A stretch of 64,000 bases of DNA from Lama glama (Eukaryota), in NCBI GenBank assembly GCA_028534125.1, contig CM052817.1:35900001-35964000 (forward strand), written 5' to 3'. The translations under genes were made by a program, and so were the position numbers. This document shows, one piece after another, positions 25,761 through 38,413 of this stretch; positions within the stretch are counted from its first letter, which is position 1, and every line of letters starts with the position of its first letter. Below the pieces are notes generated by a model. That model saw nothing but the letters and a program-made list of their open reading frames with translations, ran no database searches and was not told the DNA's origin.

Positions 25761-28700
25761 TTTTCCCTTCCTTGGAGGTGGGGAAAGATTTGTTACTTAA
25801 ATTCCCATCTATTCAAATGGACATGAAGCAATATTTTGGGTGGCATTCAGCATTTTTGTCCGGTTTCCTTTTCCAAAAAATGTGGAGGAAGATGCCTGCT
25901 GAGTTTACTTGGTTAAGACAAGCCGATTAAATGCAGACTGCTCTCAAGGGTGTTAGACTTTCTTGTTCTGAAAGAGTTAAGTATGAATGCTAAATTATAG
26001 TTACTGGAAATGTGTTGTGCCCAGATTGAGAAAGAATTAAAGCAACCATTAATTTATTTACCTCCGTGGATGTATATAACCTTTCTCTATTTCACATTCT
26101 TGTTTTCGTTTAGTAATTCCAGAGTTTTTGTTGCTAAAGGTGACGGTGAAAGAACTAAATTGATAAGGATTCACACGCTTTAATCAGCTGTAGAAACCTC
26201 TGGTTATAAAGCAGTGGCAGCAATAAATAGCACTGATATAAAATCTGTGGGAAAAATTGTGTATTTCTAGGGCTGAAATTCATTAATTTCAAAAATGTTC
26301 GGTTAGTGCTTACATATGTAACCTTTTGCAATAACCAAATATATTTTCACACATTACACAGAATGCTGTAATTAAAATTTTTATTTTGATATATAGAAAA
26401 TGTACATATTTTAATCTCAAGTTGGTATTGTATTCCAAAGGGTGTTTTATTTGCCCCTGGAGGTACTAAATGAGAAATAGCTTATTCTGTATTATCACCT
26501 TAACTACTCCCTTGTATTTCATCACATTTAGGTCAGATCATATATTTTTTTTTAAGTTTCAGAAAGAGCTGCATTTTGTTGTAGGACCTGATGGTATCCT
26601 AAACTATCTGTAAGTAATCTGGGTAACTTTTGACACATAGGCTCTGAGTGGCCACCAGATGGTGGATTGGTCCACAGATTGAATCTTCTCAGCATCCTGG
26701 GTGCAGGTCTTCCTGACTTTTACATTCAGCCCCCATGCTTATAGTATCCAGGTGCCCAGCTGGTGGTCTTTTTATCACTCCAAAAAGTTTCCTTCAAAAT
26801 CTGATTTTTATGTGTGGAGAATACTGAGCTTTGATTTTACTACAGACACAGGTCTGCATTTTCCCAGGTTTACAAAAGAAATAATTTAGAGCTGGAAATG
26901 AATAGAGTGAAGCAGAGATTGATCTGTTTGTCCTGAGATTTTCAGACATCTGTTTGATTGGATCATGACTACTTGCCCTTGGCCTGTATATATTGATCTC
27001 AACCTTGACTAAAATGTAGACTGACGTATGTATGACATTCCATATTTTTCCTTAATTTATATCCAGAGCATGTACAAAACTTCATTTAAGATTGATGTAA
27101 AAATTATACCATTTAAGGGATTATTCACTCCAGTGAATGAGTAATTCTCAGTCATTCCCACCTTTCAACTTCAGTTTGGCCTTTGATTGTGCTGTGTCCC
27201 AGTCTTACCATAGGAGGAAACAGTTAGGTTTTTAGGAATTGTACATAGTATTTCTGGGACAAGGGCCATTGAAGAACAAAATGCTTCATGGCAGAAAAGA
27301 GAGAACTAAGTCTCACATAAATGCATGCATGTGGGCTCATACACTTTTTTTTAGTTTGAGACTTCTCTACTTTGACACACATGCAGCAACTTGTGAAGAA
27401 TCTTACTACTGAAGATAGTCCTGCAGACAAGGTAATAGTGCAACAGCCATCTGTAGAGTGTGTATGTGAGTTGATGGATTCTTGAAGTGGGACATAGGCT
27501 GGTTTAAAGATACTCTGTTCCTACATCCGTTGACTAACCAACTTTCTCTTCCTCATTTCTTTTTTGTTTTTCTCTTTCCCCGATTGCCTGTGCTGTTAGT
27601 AAAACTGTAATGGGCTCACAAATTTACTTATATCACATTACAGAAACGAGTAGGTGCTTTACTGTAACATGTCTGGTTTCTCCTCAGTAAATCACCCCCA
27701 GGCGAACAGGAAAGTGTATTTGCCAGTTGGTGATATCTTAGTCTCTTCTCGTTTTAAACACACTTCTGGATGACTCAACCTCTCAGGTGAATCCTGAGTC
27801 TTTCAGATTCCCTGCCCCTTGGGCTGTTCTGTCCAGGGTGGCGTCTGGGCATTGTGAGGAGAGGTGGGCTGAGAATAGGGAGTTTGCATGTTCTAGTGGT
27901 TGAGAAAAGGGGGCCTAGAGTGCAAATGTGTAGGTTCTTATACTCTGTATGTTCTGCTGTGTGGGCAAGTTCGAGTATCAATTCTGTGACTGAATTTGTG
28001 GGTCCATTCTGCTATTGTCAGGGTGCGGCTGTCCGCCTGTCCTGGCTGAGCTGCAGCTCTTGCTGGTCCTGGCAGCGATTCTAAAGGTATCCCAGGCTTT
28101 GTAGCCTTTGTCCCTAACTTGGGCACCTCCACTCCTGTAGCCTTACCAGCTGGTATCATTAGCTCCCCTACACATATCCCAGAGTGCAGGCAGGTCACAG
28201 TACAGAAAGGATCACAGAGCAAAGTCAAGATACTCTCGTTGCAGGTTTATTGAATCAACTTAAAACACGGCATGAAGCAAGGGGCAAAAGATGGGTAGGT
28301 TTACCCACTTAGAAAGGATTTAAGTGCGACCAAAGGACCACACTCTGATTCCTCTGTTACCTAATATTCATCTTTCCTGTCTTTGTCACCTTTTTGGCCA
28401 CATCAGCCATCCCTGATCATGGTGCGTTTTTGAAGAATACTATTGAGTGTGAGCAGGCTCAGCAGATGGAAAGTATCTGGAGCCAACACAGCTTGCTCCG
28501 TCAGCAGGGGCGAGTGTGCCGTGGTATAATAGTAACTTGCTGATACGCTACTGAACAGTTACGGGTTTTTATGTGCATATCTCAGGCAGAGAGCACATGG
28601 GGCCAGAATAGGTGTAATCAATGGATGACTCATTAAAGACATGAATATTTGGTGTCTCATAAATGTTGGCTGCTTCCCTTGGTTCTTTCATCTTTACTTA

Positions 28701-29599
28701 ATTATCTGTATCAAGTATGTCTACCAAGGTATCCTATGTCCTTACATATTGTTAATAGTTTTATCTGTTCTCTTTTATTGTTTCTCTTGTTCTCAATTTA
28801 GCTGAGCCAAATTTTCTTAAATAATAATCAAGTATTATGTAAGGTGAAGTTTCAAAGCCATCACAGTAATCCTCTTTGTAGTTTCTAGTTGGATGTCAAT
28901 ACCAAGTTTCTCCTACACAGGCTACATTTAGGTTTCTTAAATGTCATGATGGCTTTCTCAATTTTTTAAACCCATTTTTTATTTGGGGTTTTAGAAAAAC
29001 TTGGGTTTTGTTTGGAGCCTGGTGTACCTGAGCTTAATTTCATAGTTACGTTACTTACTATCCTCTGATCTTAGACATTATTGAGCAGTGAGCTATCTTG
29101 ATAGTAGAGCTGAAGGAATATTTGACCATCTGTTCAATGTCTTGCTGTAATTTATCTGTCTTCAGTAGGCAACAGTTTGGACAGAAAGGGTCATATCTTA
29201 TTTGCATTTTTTGCCTTTTGCTCAGGACTAGGCAGTTGTAGTTGTTCAATAAATGTTTGCATAGAACAGATAAGTCATGCCCTAGGTTTTGCAGCTTCAT
29301 CTAAGTGTATTTTATTTTTCAAAGGGTCTTTTGAAGCCTCAAGAATCTAAAGGTATGTCTGCAAAAGCATTCTGTCTTTTTAGTAGTTTTTTTTGTGAAA
29401 ATGGCACAATTTTCCATTTAGCAAGAATTAGCAGGAAATTGTTAAGTATTTTGTACCTTTAATCTTTTGAGTCTCCAACTGAGAACGCAGGAATTCTTAC
29501 TATAAAGTTGCTTGTAATCAGAAGACTGTCCATCCATTCCATCTCAGATGATGTTTAGTCTGGCCAGTGCATAGCTTTTCTCAGGTGGGCATGCAATCT

Positions 29600-29980
29600 G
29601 CATAGATCAAGGTAATTAATGCTGGATATCCCAATAGACAAAATCTCAGTAGCTCAGGGAGACAAAAATTAATTTGTAGACACTCAGAGTCTGATACAAG
29701 TTGACAAAATCTTCCATCTGGTGGCTCTGGTATCCAAGCTTCCTCCATTCTGTCACATATTTGCTATTTTAACATGTGACCATATATCCCCTAGGTTATG
29801 TCAGGGAAAGAAAAAAGAGATGGAGGAGGCACACATGCTTTTATCTGCCTCATTCTGGAAGTGACTCATTTCTCGTAGTTCATTGCTGAGAACTAGCCAC
29901 ATGTTCCCACTTAAATGCAAAGGTACTTGGGAAATGTAGAGAAACATCTTACGGAATGTGTAAACATTCTCTCTGGCTGT
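29600..29980 (-). mobile_element. Old MaLR LTR (MLT1J/K-like)
   Basis: aaatctcagtagct...cattgctgagaactagccacatg...cttaaatgcaaagg...tgggaaatgtag. Confidence 0.55.
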
Positions 29981-30029
29981 AACCTAAATTGCTCAAACCA
30001 AACAAAGAACATATGTTCCATGATTGGGA

Positions 30030-30124
30030 TAGCAGTCTGTCTCCCATTCCCCTACTGAATGTAAGCAAGGACTTAGATACCCCGGGTGCTGCTAGCAGAC
30101 GTCTAATCACTGGACCAAGAGGGA
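30030..30124 (-). mobile_element. Ancient SINE with a tRNA-Glu-like head (MamSINE1-like)
   Basis: The minus strand begins TCCCTCTTGGTCCAGTGATTAG, similar to the tRNA-Glu 5' end TCCCTGGTGGTCTAGTGGTTAG. Confidence 0.45.
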
Positions 30125-30621
30125 AGGCAGCCTAAAGGTAACTTAATTTATCAATAAATGCAAAGTAGTGGTGACATTCCTGAGCCAATGATTCTACCCA
30201 CTTAATCTGTTGGGCCTGGGATAGGAAGACTTTTCAGTTTAAACTTGTGTGTGTTGTTTGAGTTTTGAACAAGCACATGTATTACTTTTATTAAATTTAA
30301 ATTATTAAAATAAAAAACTGCTTAAAAAACAGGGAATGATAGCTCTGTCTGAAAGAAATAGATTAGTTTACAATCATAAAGGCAATGAATATTAAATTTG
30401 AGTGTGTATGGTACTATTATAGATATATATTGAAATATATTGTTTGAAATTGCCCGATACATAAAAGGAGGCATACTTTCCCTGTAAATTTCATAAAGCA
30501 GTCCTAGAGCTGGGAGGCAGTGTCAACCCAATAGAAAGAAGTATCTAAAGATTCTAGTGTTTAAACATTGAGCTGATTGCCTTATGAGGTGGTCAGTGTT
30601 CCAATGCTAAAGTGAGAAAGG

Positions 30622-30797
30622 AATAGATAAACAAGATTATACTGTATAGCACAGGGAAAATCTTATGGTAGCTCACAGAGAAAAAAAAATGTGACAGTGA
30701 ATAAATATATGTTCGTGTATAACTGAAAAATTGTGCTGAACACTGGAATTTGACACATTGTAAAATGATTATAAATCAATAAAAAATGTTTAAAAAA
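30622..30797 (+). mobile_element. Young 5'-truncated L1 3' end
   Basis: Perfect 13-bp TSD aaagtgagaaagg (30609-30621, 30798-30810), with AATAAA and an A tail. Matches the element at 50405 in the opposite orientation. Confidence 0.9.
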
Positions 30798-32127
30798 AAA
30801 GTGAGAAAGGGAAAGCTGAGTGGTCATGTGTTGACTTGTCATAGGCATTCTGTTGTGGAATTAAGAGTTAGTAAGGTGAGATGCCCTCAAAATGTTCTAG
30901 TGTTCTGTGAGTCCTTGCCTATGTTCCCAGAATTTGTAGTTCTCAGCTGATTAGACACTTTCACTTGTTAGACTGTTGGAAATTTAACACATACATGCCC
31001 TTTTTTCCTCCTGTACTCCCTTCACTAGGGCTTCCTCTTCATGAGGAGTGGGATGATTAGGCAAAGCTGGAGACAGTATGCCATGATCTTAATAATAAAG
31101 CTGGGTCCCTGGGGGGCATGGGAGAGGGTGCTAACATTTGAACTGGTGAATAAGGTCTTTTTAGCTGGAAAAAGCAAATTTTTTTTAAAAATAAAGGAAT
31201 TAGAGAATATTATTATAGGCTTGCTAAATTTCTACTCCATTTCACTGTATGAAAAAATGTATAAATCACTTAAAATTATACAATAGAACTCCGCCAAATG
31301 GTTCATTCTAAGAAAAATGTTTTTAGAGAGTAGCAGCGGAAAAAATATCCTGGAAGAAAAAAAGTTGTTCAAGAAGAATGTTGATATAAAATTGTCTTTT
31401 ATCAATTTAATTTTGGTCTTAATATTCAGAAACTCCTTTAATATTTAAGAAATTCATTTTAGTTAAAATGTAAATGAATGATCTCATGTACAAATTTTTA
31501 TTTCTGTGGTTTACACTGTTAATAAATCGTGTAAGCTTGCAAGTACTTCCATGCATCATTAGTTTAAGCACATTTGGCTTTTCTGAAGGTATATATTTTA
31601 GAATCTTTTGTTTTAGCAATGTGGCTTTTATTACTATGCTTGATCTTAAGCTGAAATGAGTTTCTGTAACTTTTTAAAAAAGTCTTCTGTTTCTGACTTT
31701 ACATTCTGCTAAACTTGCTGAGAACTAATGGCAAGTATAGCTTTTCCAAGAGTATTTTTCAAATTTGATAGCAACCTCTCTTCTGTTTAAATCCTATTTG
31801 GCTCTATTAAGACTGTCAGCAATGATGAACAGAAGGTTTAAAATTAGTGACTTTAAGAGCTTGTACTCCTTTTCCAAAATAACCAAGGAATTCTAAGCAC
31901 AGGAATGTTTCTGTGCTTTCAGGTTTTTTATACATTGGTATAGCAGCAGTCACTTCAAAGGAAGCTACCCCAGAATTTACTGATTTCATCTAGAATTATT
32001 GTAGATGGATAAAGTGTGCAATTATCATGAAGAATGTGGGATGTTTCTAAAAGCAAATTAATATTCAGTATATTCCTTCTACTGACAGTCTTATTTTGGC
32101 AGGACATTACCAAGCACCTGCTTTCTA

Positions 32128-33030
32128 TTTTTTTAAACTGGTCTTTTGAGGTATAATTTACATATCATGAAACATACTCATTGAAAATGTACCATATGAT
32201 TTTTAGTAAATTTACTGATTGTGCAGACAGCACCACTGTGTAGTTTTAGAACACTTCATCACTTCAGTAAGTTCCCTTGTGCCCATATACAGTTAGTTCA
32301 CATTCCCACCACCACCCCTAACTTCAGACAACCACTCATTTACTTGATATTTCTGTATATTTGCCTTTTTTGGACATTTGATATAAATGGAATCATAAAA
32401 TATATGTTCTTTTGTGACTGGCTTCTTTACTAGCATAATATTTTTGAAGTTCATCCCTGTTGTAGGTCTCAGTTTTCTTCCTTTTTATTATAACAGAATA
32501 ATTTTCTCTCATGTCACATTTTGTTTGCCCATTCACTAGTTGATAGACATTTGGATTGTTTTCAGTTTTGGCTGTTGAAAATAATGCTGCTCTGAACATG
32601 CATATTCAGGTCTTTGTGTCTACATGTGTTTTCATTTCTCTTAAGTTGGTACCTAGGGGTGGAATTGCTGCATCACAGAGTAAATTTATATTTAACATTT
32701 TTAGAAACTGCCAGTGTTGTCCAAAATGGTTGCACCATTTGACACTTCTGTTATCAGTGTATGAGAGTTCCAGGTTCTCCATATGCTCACCAGCATATGG
32801 TGCTGTCGGACTCTGCTTATTGTAGCCAATCTAGCGACTTTGTAGCGCTGTCTCAGTTTCTTAATGACTAATGATGGTGTGCTTATCTTCATGTGCACAT
32901 TACCTGTTGTATATCGTCTGGTTAAATGTCTGTTCATGTCTTTTGCCTATTCCTTTATTGGGCTGTTTGTTCTTGTTGAGTTGTAGGGGTTCTTTTTATA
33001 TAAGTCCATTATCAGATAAATGATCCACTG
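32128..33030 (-). mobile_element. Old L1 (L1MB/MC-like) 3' region
   Basis: gaggtataatttacatatcatgaaacatactca; ccattcactagttgatagacatttggattgtttt. Confidence 0.8.
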
Positions 33031-34932
33031 GGTGTAGGGTTTTGTCCAGTCTTCTAAATCAATTCAGCCCAAACCAGTACTGCTGGATTTCACAGTTGGC
33101 CCCCTGTGTTAGCACTGCTGTGCCTCCCCAGTCTGAGGGCAGAGGGGTTGGGAGCAGTTCCAGGTAAGCATGCCGAAACTCCCACTGTTCTTAACTACAC
33201 TTCATCAGTTTTTCATGAATAAGTGTTCAGGTTTTTTTTTTTTTTTTGGTGTTTTTTTTTTTTCCTTCTGTCAGTTTCCAGAGCTCTGAAATGGTTGTTT
33301 TGACAGTTTTGCCCAGTTTTGTATTGTTTTTTAAGGAGAAGATTTGCAGGCCCTTTTACTCTATCATCACTGGAAGTCTGCAGTCGGTCCTGACTTTCTT
33401 TTTTATATAGAGAATATAACTTTTTATAAAAACTTTTTAATTTTTCTTGGTATAATAGTAATACATTTCTGTTATATAAAATTTAGGATATATAAGTAAT
33501 TAAAAAGAAGAAAATAAGAATCGTCTATGATTCCACAACCCTAAAACAAATCTGTACTATATTTGCTTAGGGTCCTATAGTTTTTTCTATGAGCATATAT
33601 AGTTCTAAAAACAGTTTATACCTGACCTTAGTTTTGCAGCATTCTTTTTTTTCCCCAATTAACAATATATTATAACTATCTTGGTTCCAATTTGCATAAG
33701 ATAGGCATCTTCTTCACTGTTCCTTGCCCTTCTGTGCTCAGAGGATGGCCTGGAGAGAAGCCCCAGTTTTTCTTGGGTGTTGCCAAATTGCCCTCCAGAA
33801 ATGTGAACGACTTTATGTCCTACCTCTTTTCTTCTTACCAATATTTACTTTTCTTTAAAAAAAAAAACACTCCAAAAGTAGAAAGGATGACAAATACTAT
33901 CATTATTGTTTTTGCCTATCTTTGATTACTAGGAACTTCACCAACTCCCACAAAAATCTACTGTTGTTTGAAGTAACTATTATTTCTTCTTTACTTATCT
34001 TCAAATCTATCTCCAGGTAATGGCCATTCACTTTGATTTTGTCCTCTGAACCAAAGGGCAGCTTTTCTAAAACCTGGAAGTGTTTTAACCGAAGCCTTCC
34101 CTTTTGGGTGTAATTGTTTCAGTTTCTTCATTCCTTCTTCACATAACATGGATATACTTTAAATTTTTTACTTTTATTTTTACTTCTTAATTTTTTGAAA
34201 TAAAAAATTTTAATTTCTTTTTAAAATTTCCTTTTCAAATGTCTTTGCCAGTCTTTTCATCAGAGTCTCCCCAGTCATTTATTAATTGGTTTAAGTTTGT
34301 GCTCTGGTGGTTTTCTCAAGGAAGGAAGGGTCACGGGCACAGTATTCTTTTAGCCTTTGTATATTCAAACGGTAGCTTTTATAGTTGATGGACAACTTGA
34401 TTGGTTATTACATTTGGCTTATGTTTTCTTTCCTTAACTATCTTGTTGGACTGTTCTGGGTATGATGTGCCATTTCAATTCATAGATTCAGGGCTTCTAT
34501 TTAAACAAAGTTTTTGTGAATTACATCTTTAAATATTCTAATTTATTAAATATTCTAAGTCATTAAATATTCTACTCCAAGATATTATTTGGTTTTCTTC
34601 TTTGGGGACTTCAGTAACCCATATTTTGGAGTTTATTTAACTGCTTTTTGTAGCTATCAGATCCTTGAGATTTTTTTAAATGTTTCACTATGTTTACTTT
34701 CCTCATTTATGTCTTCCATGTCCCTTACTGGGCTGTCAGTGGTTTCTCTTCTCCTTTGTGCTCATAAGAATTTAGTCTTTACTTCTGAAATGTTTGTGTC
34801 TTCTCCTTTCCTTCCTTTGCTAATTTCTGCCGATCTCCATTTCACATTCTCCTTTTGACTGATTATCTCTTCCCTAAATTTTTGTATTTCTGTTTTGTGG
34901 TATCCTTTCATCATTGTGATTGATTGATTAAC

Positions 34933-35985
34933 TTTAAAAAAATTGTGGTAAAATGTATGTGACATAAAATTTACCATTTTAACTATTTTTAGGTTTATAA
35001 TTCAGTGACTTTAGTACATTCACAGTATTGTGTGACTGTTACCATTTTCCATTTCTAAAACCTTTTCATCATCTCCAACTCTATACCCGCTAAACAATAA
35101 CTCCCCATCCTCCCTCCCCACCCCAGCCCCTGGAACCATTCTCCTACTTTCTGTTTATGAATTTGCCTATTCTAGGTCCCTTGTACAAGTAGAATCATAC
35201 AGTTTTGGGTTTTTTGTGTGTCTGGCTTATTTCACTTTGCATAACATTTTCAGGGTTCATCTATGTTATATCATGTTATGAGAATTTCATTCCTTTATAA
35301 GACTGAACAATATTCCATTGTGTATATACACCACATTTTGTTTTCATCTGTTGATGGGCATTTGGGTTATTTTCTACTTTTGGCTGTTGTGAATAGTGCT
35401 GCTGTGAACGTTGGTATACAGGTATCTGAGTTCCTGATTTTAGGGCACATACTCAGACGTGTAATTGATGGATCATGTGGTAATCCTATATTTAACTTTT
35501 TGAGGAACCACCTGTTTGCCTTGGTGCTGTATCATTTTACATCATCACCAGCAATGCATAAGAGTTTCAGTTTTCCCACATCCCATCCAGCACTCACTTT
35601 CTGGATTTTTTTTTTGATAAAAACTATCTTAATGGATGTGAAGTATATCTAATTTTGGTTTTGATTTGCGTATCCCTAATGACTACTGAAATTGAGCATC
35701 TTTTTATTTGCTTATTAACTACTTGTGTGTCTTCTTTGGAGAAGTCTCTAAGTCATTTACCCATTTTTGAAATGGGTTTGTTGTTGTAGTTACTGAGTTG
35801 TAGGTGTTCTTAAACGTATTCTGGATATTAAACCTGTATCAGATAGATGATTTGCAAATACTTTTTCCTATTCTGTGGATTGTCTTTTCACTCTTGTTAA
35901 TTTTTTTGATGCACCGAAGTTTTTCATTTTAATGAAATCCAGTTTATCTTTGTCATTGTTGCATGTGCTTTTGATATCATTTCCT
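34933..35985 (-). mobile_element. L1 (L1MA/MB-like) 3' region inside an older L1-like relic
   Basis: aaattgtggtaaaatgtatgtgacataaaatttaccatttt...ctggcttatttcact...gatttgcaaatacttttt. Confidence 0.85.
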
Positions 35986-37269
35986 TGTTAACTTTTGTTG
36001 TTTTTGTTAGGTTATGGTTTTCATCTGTTTCTTGGCAACATTTTTCTGATGAGTTATTTCAAGAAAGTCACGATAATCTTTTATACTTTTTAAAAAATAC
36101 TGTCTCTGTTTAGTTGCTGGCCGTGTTCCATTTTTCTTCCTCACATTTCAGTGAGATTGGTGTTTGTGATATCAGTATCAAGAGGTTCCTGAGGGGTATA
36201 GTGATGAGAGGCCAGGGTAGCTTTTCAAGTTTTACAGCCCTGGGACTGCCTCCTCTCTTGCTGCCAAAGGACTATTTTCTTAAATGTGGCCCTTGTGTTC
36301 GCCCATCTCTCCTTCACGTCTCTGAAACTAACCTGGGTCAGGAGAGCTCTGCTGCCTTTTCTTCACAAAATTGCCCTCCAAGGTGATGCACTCACTATTG
36401 GGGGCGTATTTTTCTTGTGCTTCCTGGTAGCCACCTGTTGGGATCCCTGTGGGTACTTTGTGTGTTGTCTTTCGCCTCTTCCTCTAAGCAGGTGAGCCTT
36501 GTTGAGCTCCCTCTCACCATGTGCTTTGTCTTTAAAGTAATAAATATTTGTAGGTGCTTTTAAAGAGCTTGCATGTCTGGGCTCCTGCTGGTCCTCTTCA
36601 GACTCCCCATAGTGCTGGTGTGATGTCTGCTCTATGTTTTCTGCCCTGTCTTTACCTTTTGCAGCAGTAATACACAACTGAAGTCTCTAACTTTTCTGCC
36701 TTCTGTTGATTGACTTTTATTCATCTTAATCTGTGTGGTTTCAGAAAGAGAAGTGAGAACATTCAGAAGGTTTTTATTGGGTTTGTTCTTAATAGTTTCT
36801 TTAACATTCCAATAATACTAGGTAATAAGGATTCTTTAATCTTTTCTAGTCTGTGGTGGAAATTAGTTGACATGAGATACACAGTGATTCGAGGTATTTT
36901 AAGTGTTTGGATAGAGAAATGAGTTATGTTTTAAAATTTTAATTAAACCTAACTTTTCTATTGATGTCTAAAGATTCTTAGATCTAAATTTTTCAGATCA
37001 TAGACCTCTTGAGAATATGATTTCTAAAAATTTGATGTTTCATGTATTTTAAGGATTCCTGATCCGTGGATTCCAGGTTAAGAACTGTTGTTTAGCTCTA
37101 CAATGCACATTGATAATCTGTGTAAGGGCAACGAATAAGATATCCAAAAAGTGCTTTGGGTTTTTTAAGTTAATGAGCTAGATTTGGAAAAACTGATTTA
37201 TTCGAAACTTGTGATTTTCTTGACCTAACAATATGTTCAATAAATAATTGCTGACTTTCTAACAGAGCA

Positions 37270-37745
37270 TTATTTGAAACTGATTTTTTTTCTCTCATAT
37301 AAAAGAAGTCCAGAGATGGATATTCCAGGCTGATTCTGTGATGTTATCAGGTTGTGAGCCTCCCCCCAACCCCCACCTTTTCTCCCTCCTATTTTACTGT
37401 CCTTAGAGCTTAGCTTCTAGCTTCTGGACTGCTACATAGTCACAGGCTGGCTCCCAGGCATTACAGCTGTGATCTAAGCAGAAAACAGGAATATAGGGAA
37501 AAAAAATGAGTTGGCCTCCTTTTAAAGCAGTTTTTCTGGTGGTCCTGTTAACAACTTCTGCTTACATCTCATTGGCCAAACTTAGAAACGTAGTCACCCG
37601 TATCTTCAAGGATATGATGCTACAGGGAAGGTGGGTATATTTCAACTCAGCACTTTGCTCCTGACCCTCCAACAAAATCAGAGTTCTGTTGTTAAGAGAG
37701 AAGAGGAAAATTACCCATCGCTAGGCAACTGCCAACTCTTCCACA
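37270..37745 (-). mobile_element. Old MaLR LTR (MLT1I/J-like)
   Basis: ttctctcatataaaagaagtccagag...cttctgcttacatctcattggcca...ttccaca. Confidence 0.6.
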
Positions 37746-38413
37746 GTGTCCTTTGAAAGAATTTGTTACCGCAAATAAATTCTTAATCATTTTTCAGCAT
37801 AGAGTGTCTTCTGATTCTGTGATAGATGCTTTTACATACTTTCTACGTTGTTTTAAAATCTCATACCTTCTACATTATTTTAAATAATGTTTAAACTCTC
37901 ATAACACTTTAAAGTAGGTGGTACTATTGCATTTTAAATGACAAGGACCCAGTGTTGGTATAGATGAAAACGTCTCTAAGGTCAGCAGGTTGAACGTGAG
38001 GGGCCCTGACTGCAGTATTGTCCTCCTGGTGACGCATAAGCTTGACTTAGCTGTGTGGCTGGACAAAGAACATATGTCGTCCACGGTTGCGTTTGCCCCT
38101 TTCCTAAGCTTCACACTTGACCAAAGAGAATGACATTCCTAGTGAAAATGTCCAAGTCAGTAGGAAAACCAGGGTTCAAGCCCAGTTACCCTGTTTTCCA
38201 ATGGAGTGCTTTCCCAGTGCTGCAGCCCTATCCAGGCTAACGGAGTTGTCCACATCTCTCTAAGAATAAGCCTACAACTGTTATTGTTAATTTTCTAATT
38301 GTAGTTTGAAGAGAACATATTCCTTTCCCTCCTAATTATGAAAAATGATGTTACTCTTTGTTAGCAAGGAATCTCTTTGGGAGGTCTCTATTTCTTCATC
38401 ATTTAAAAAAGTG

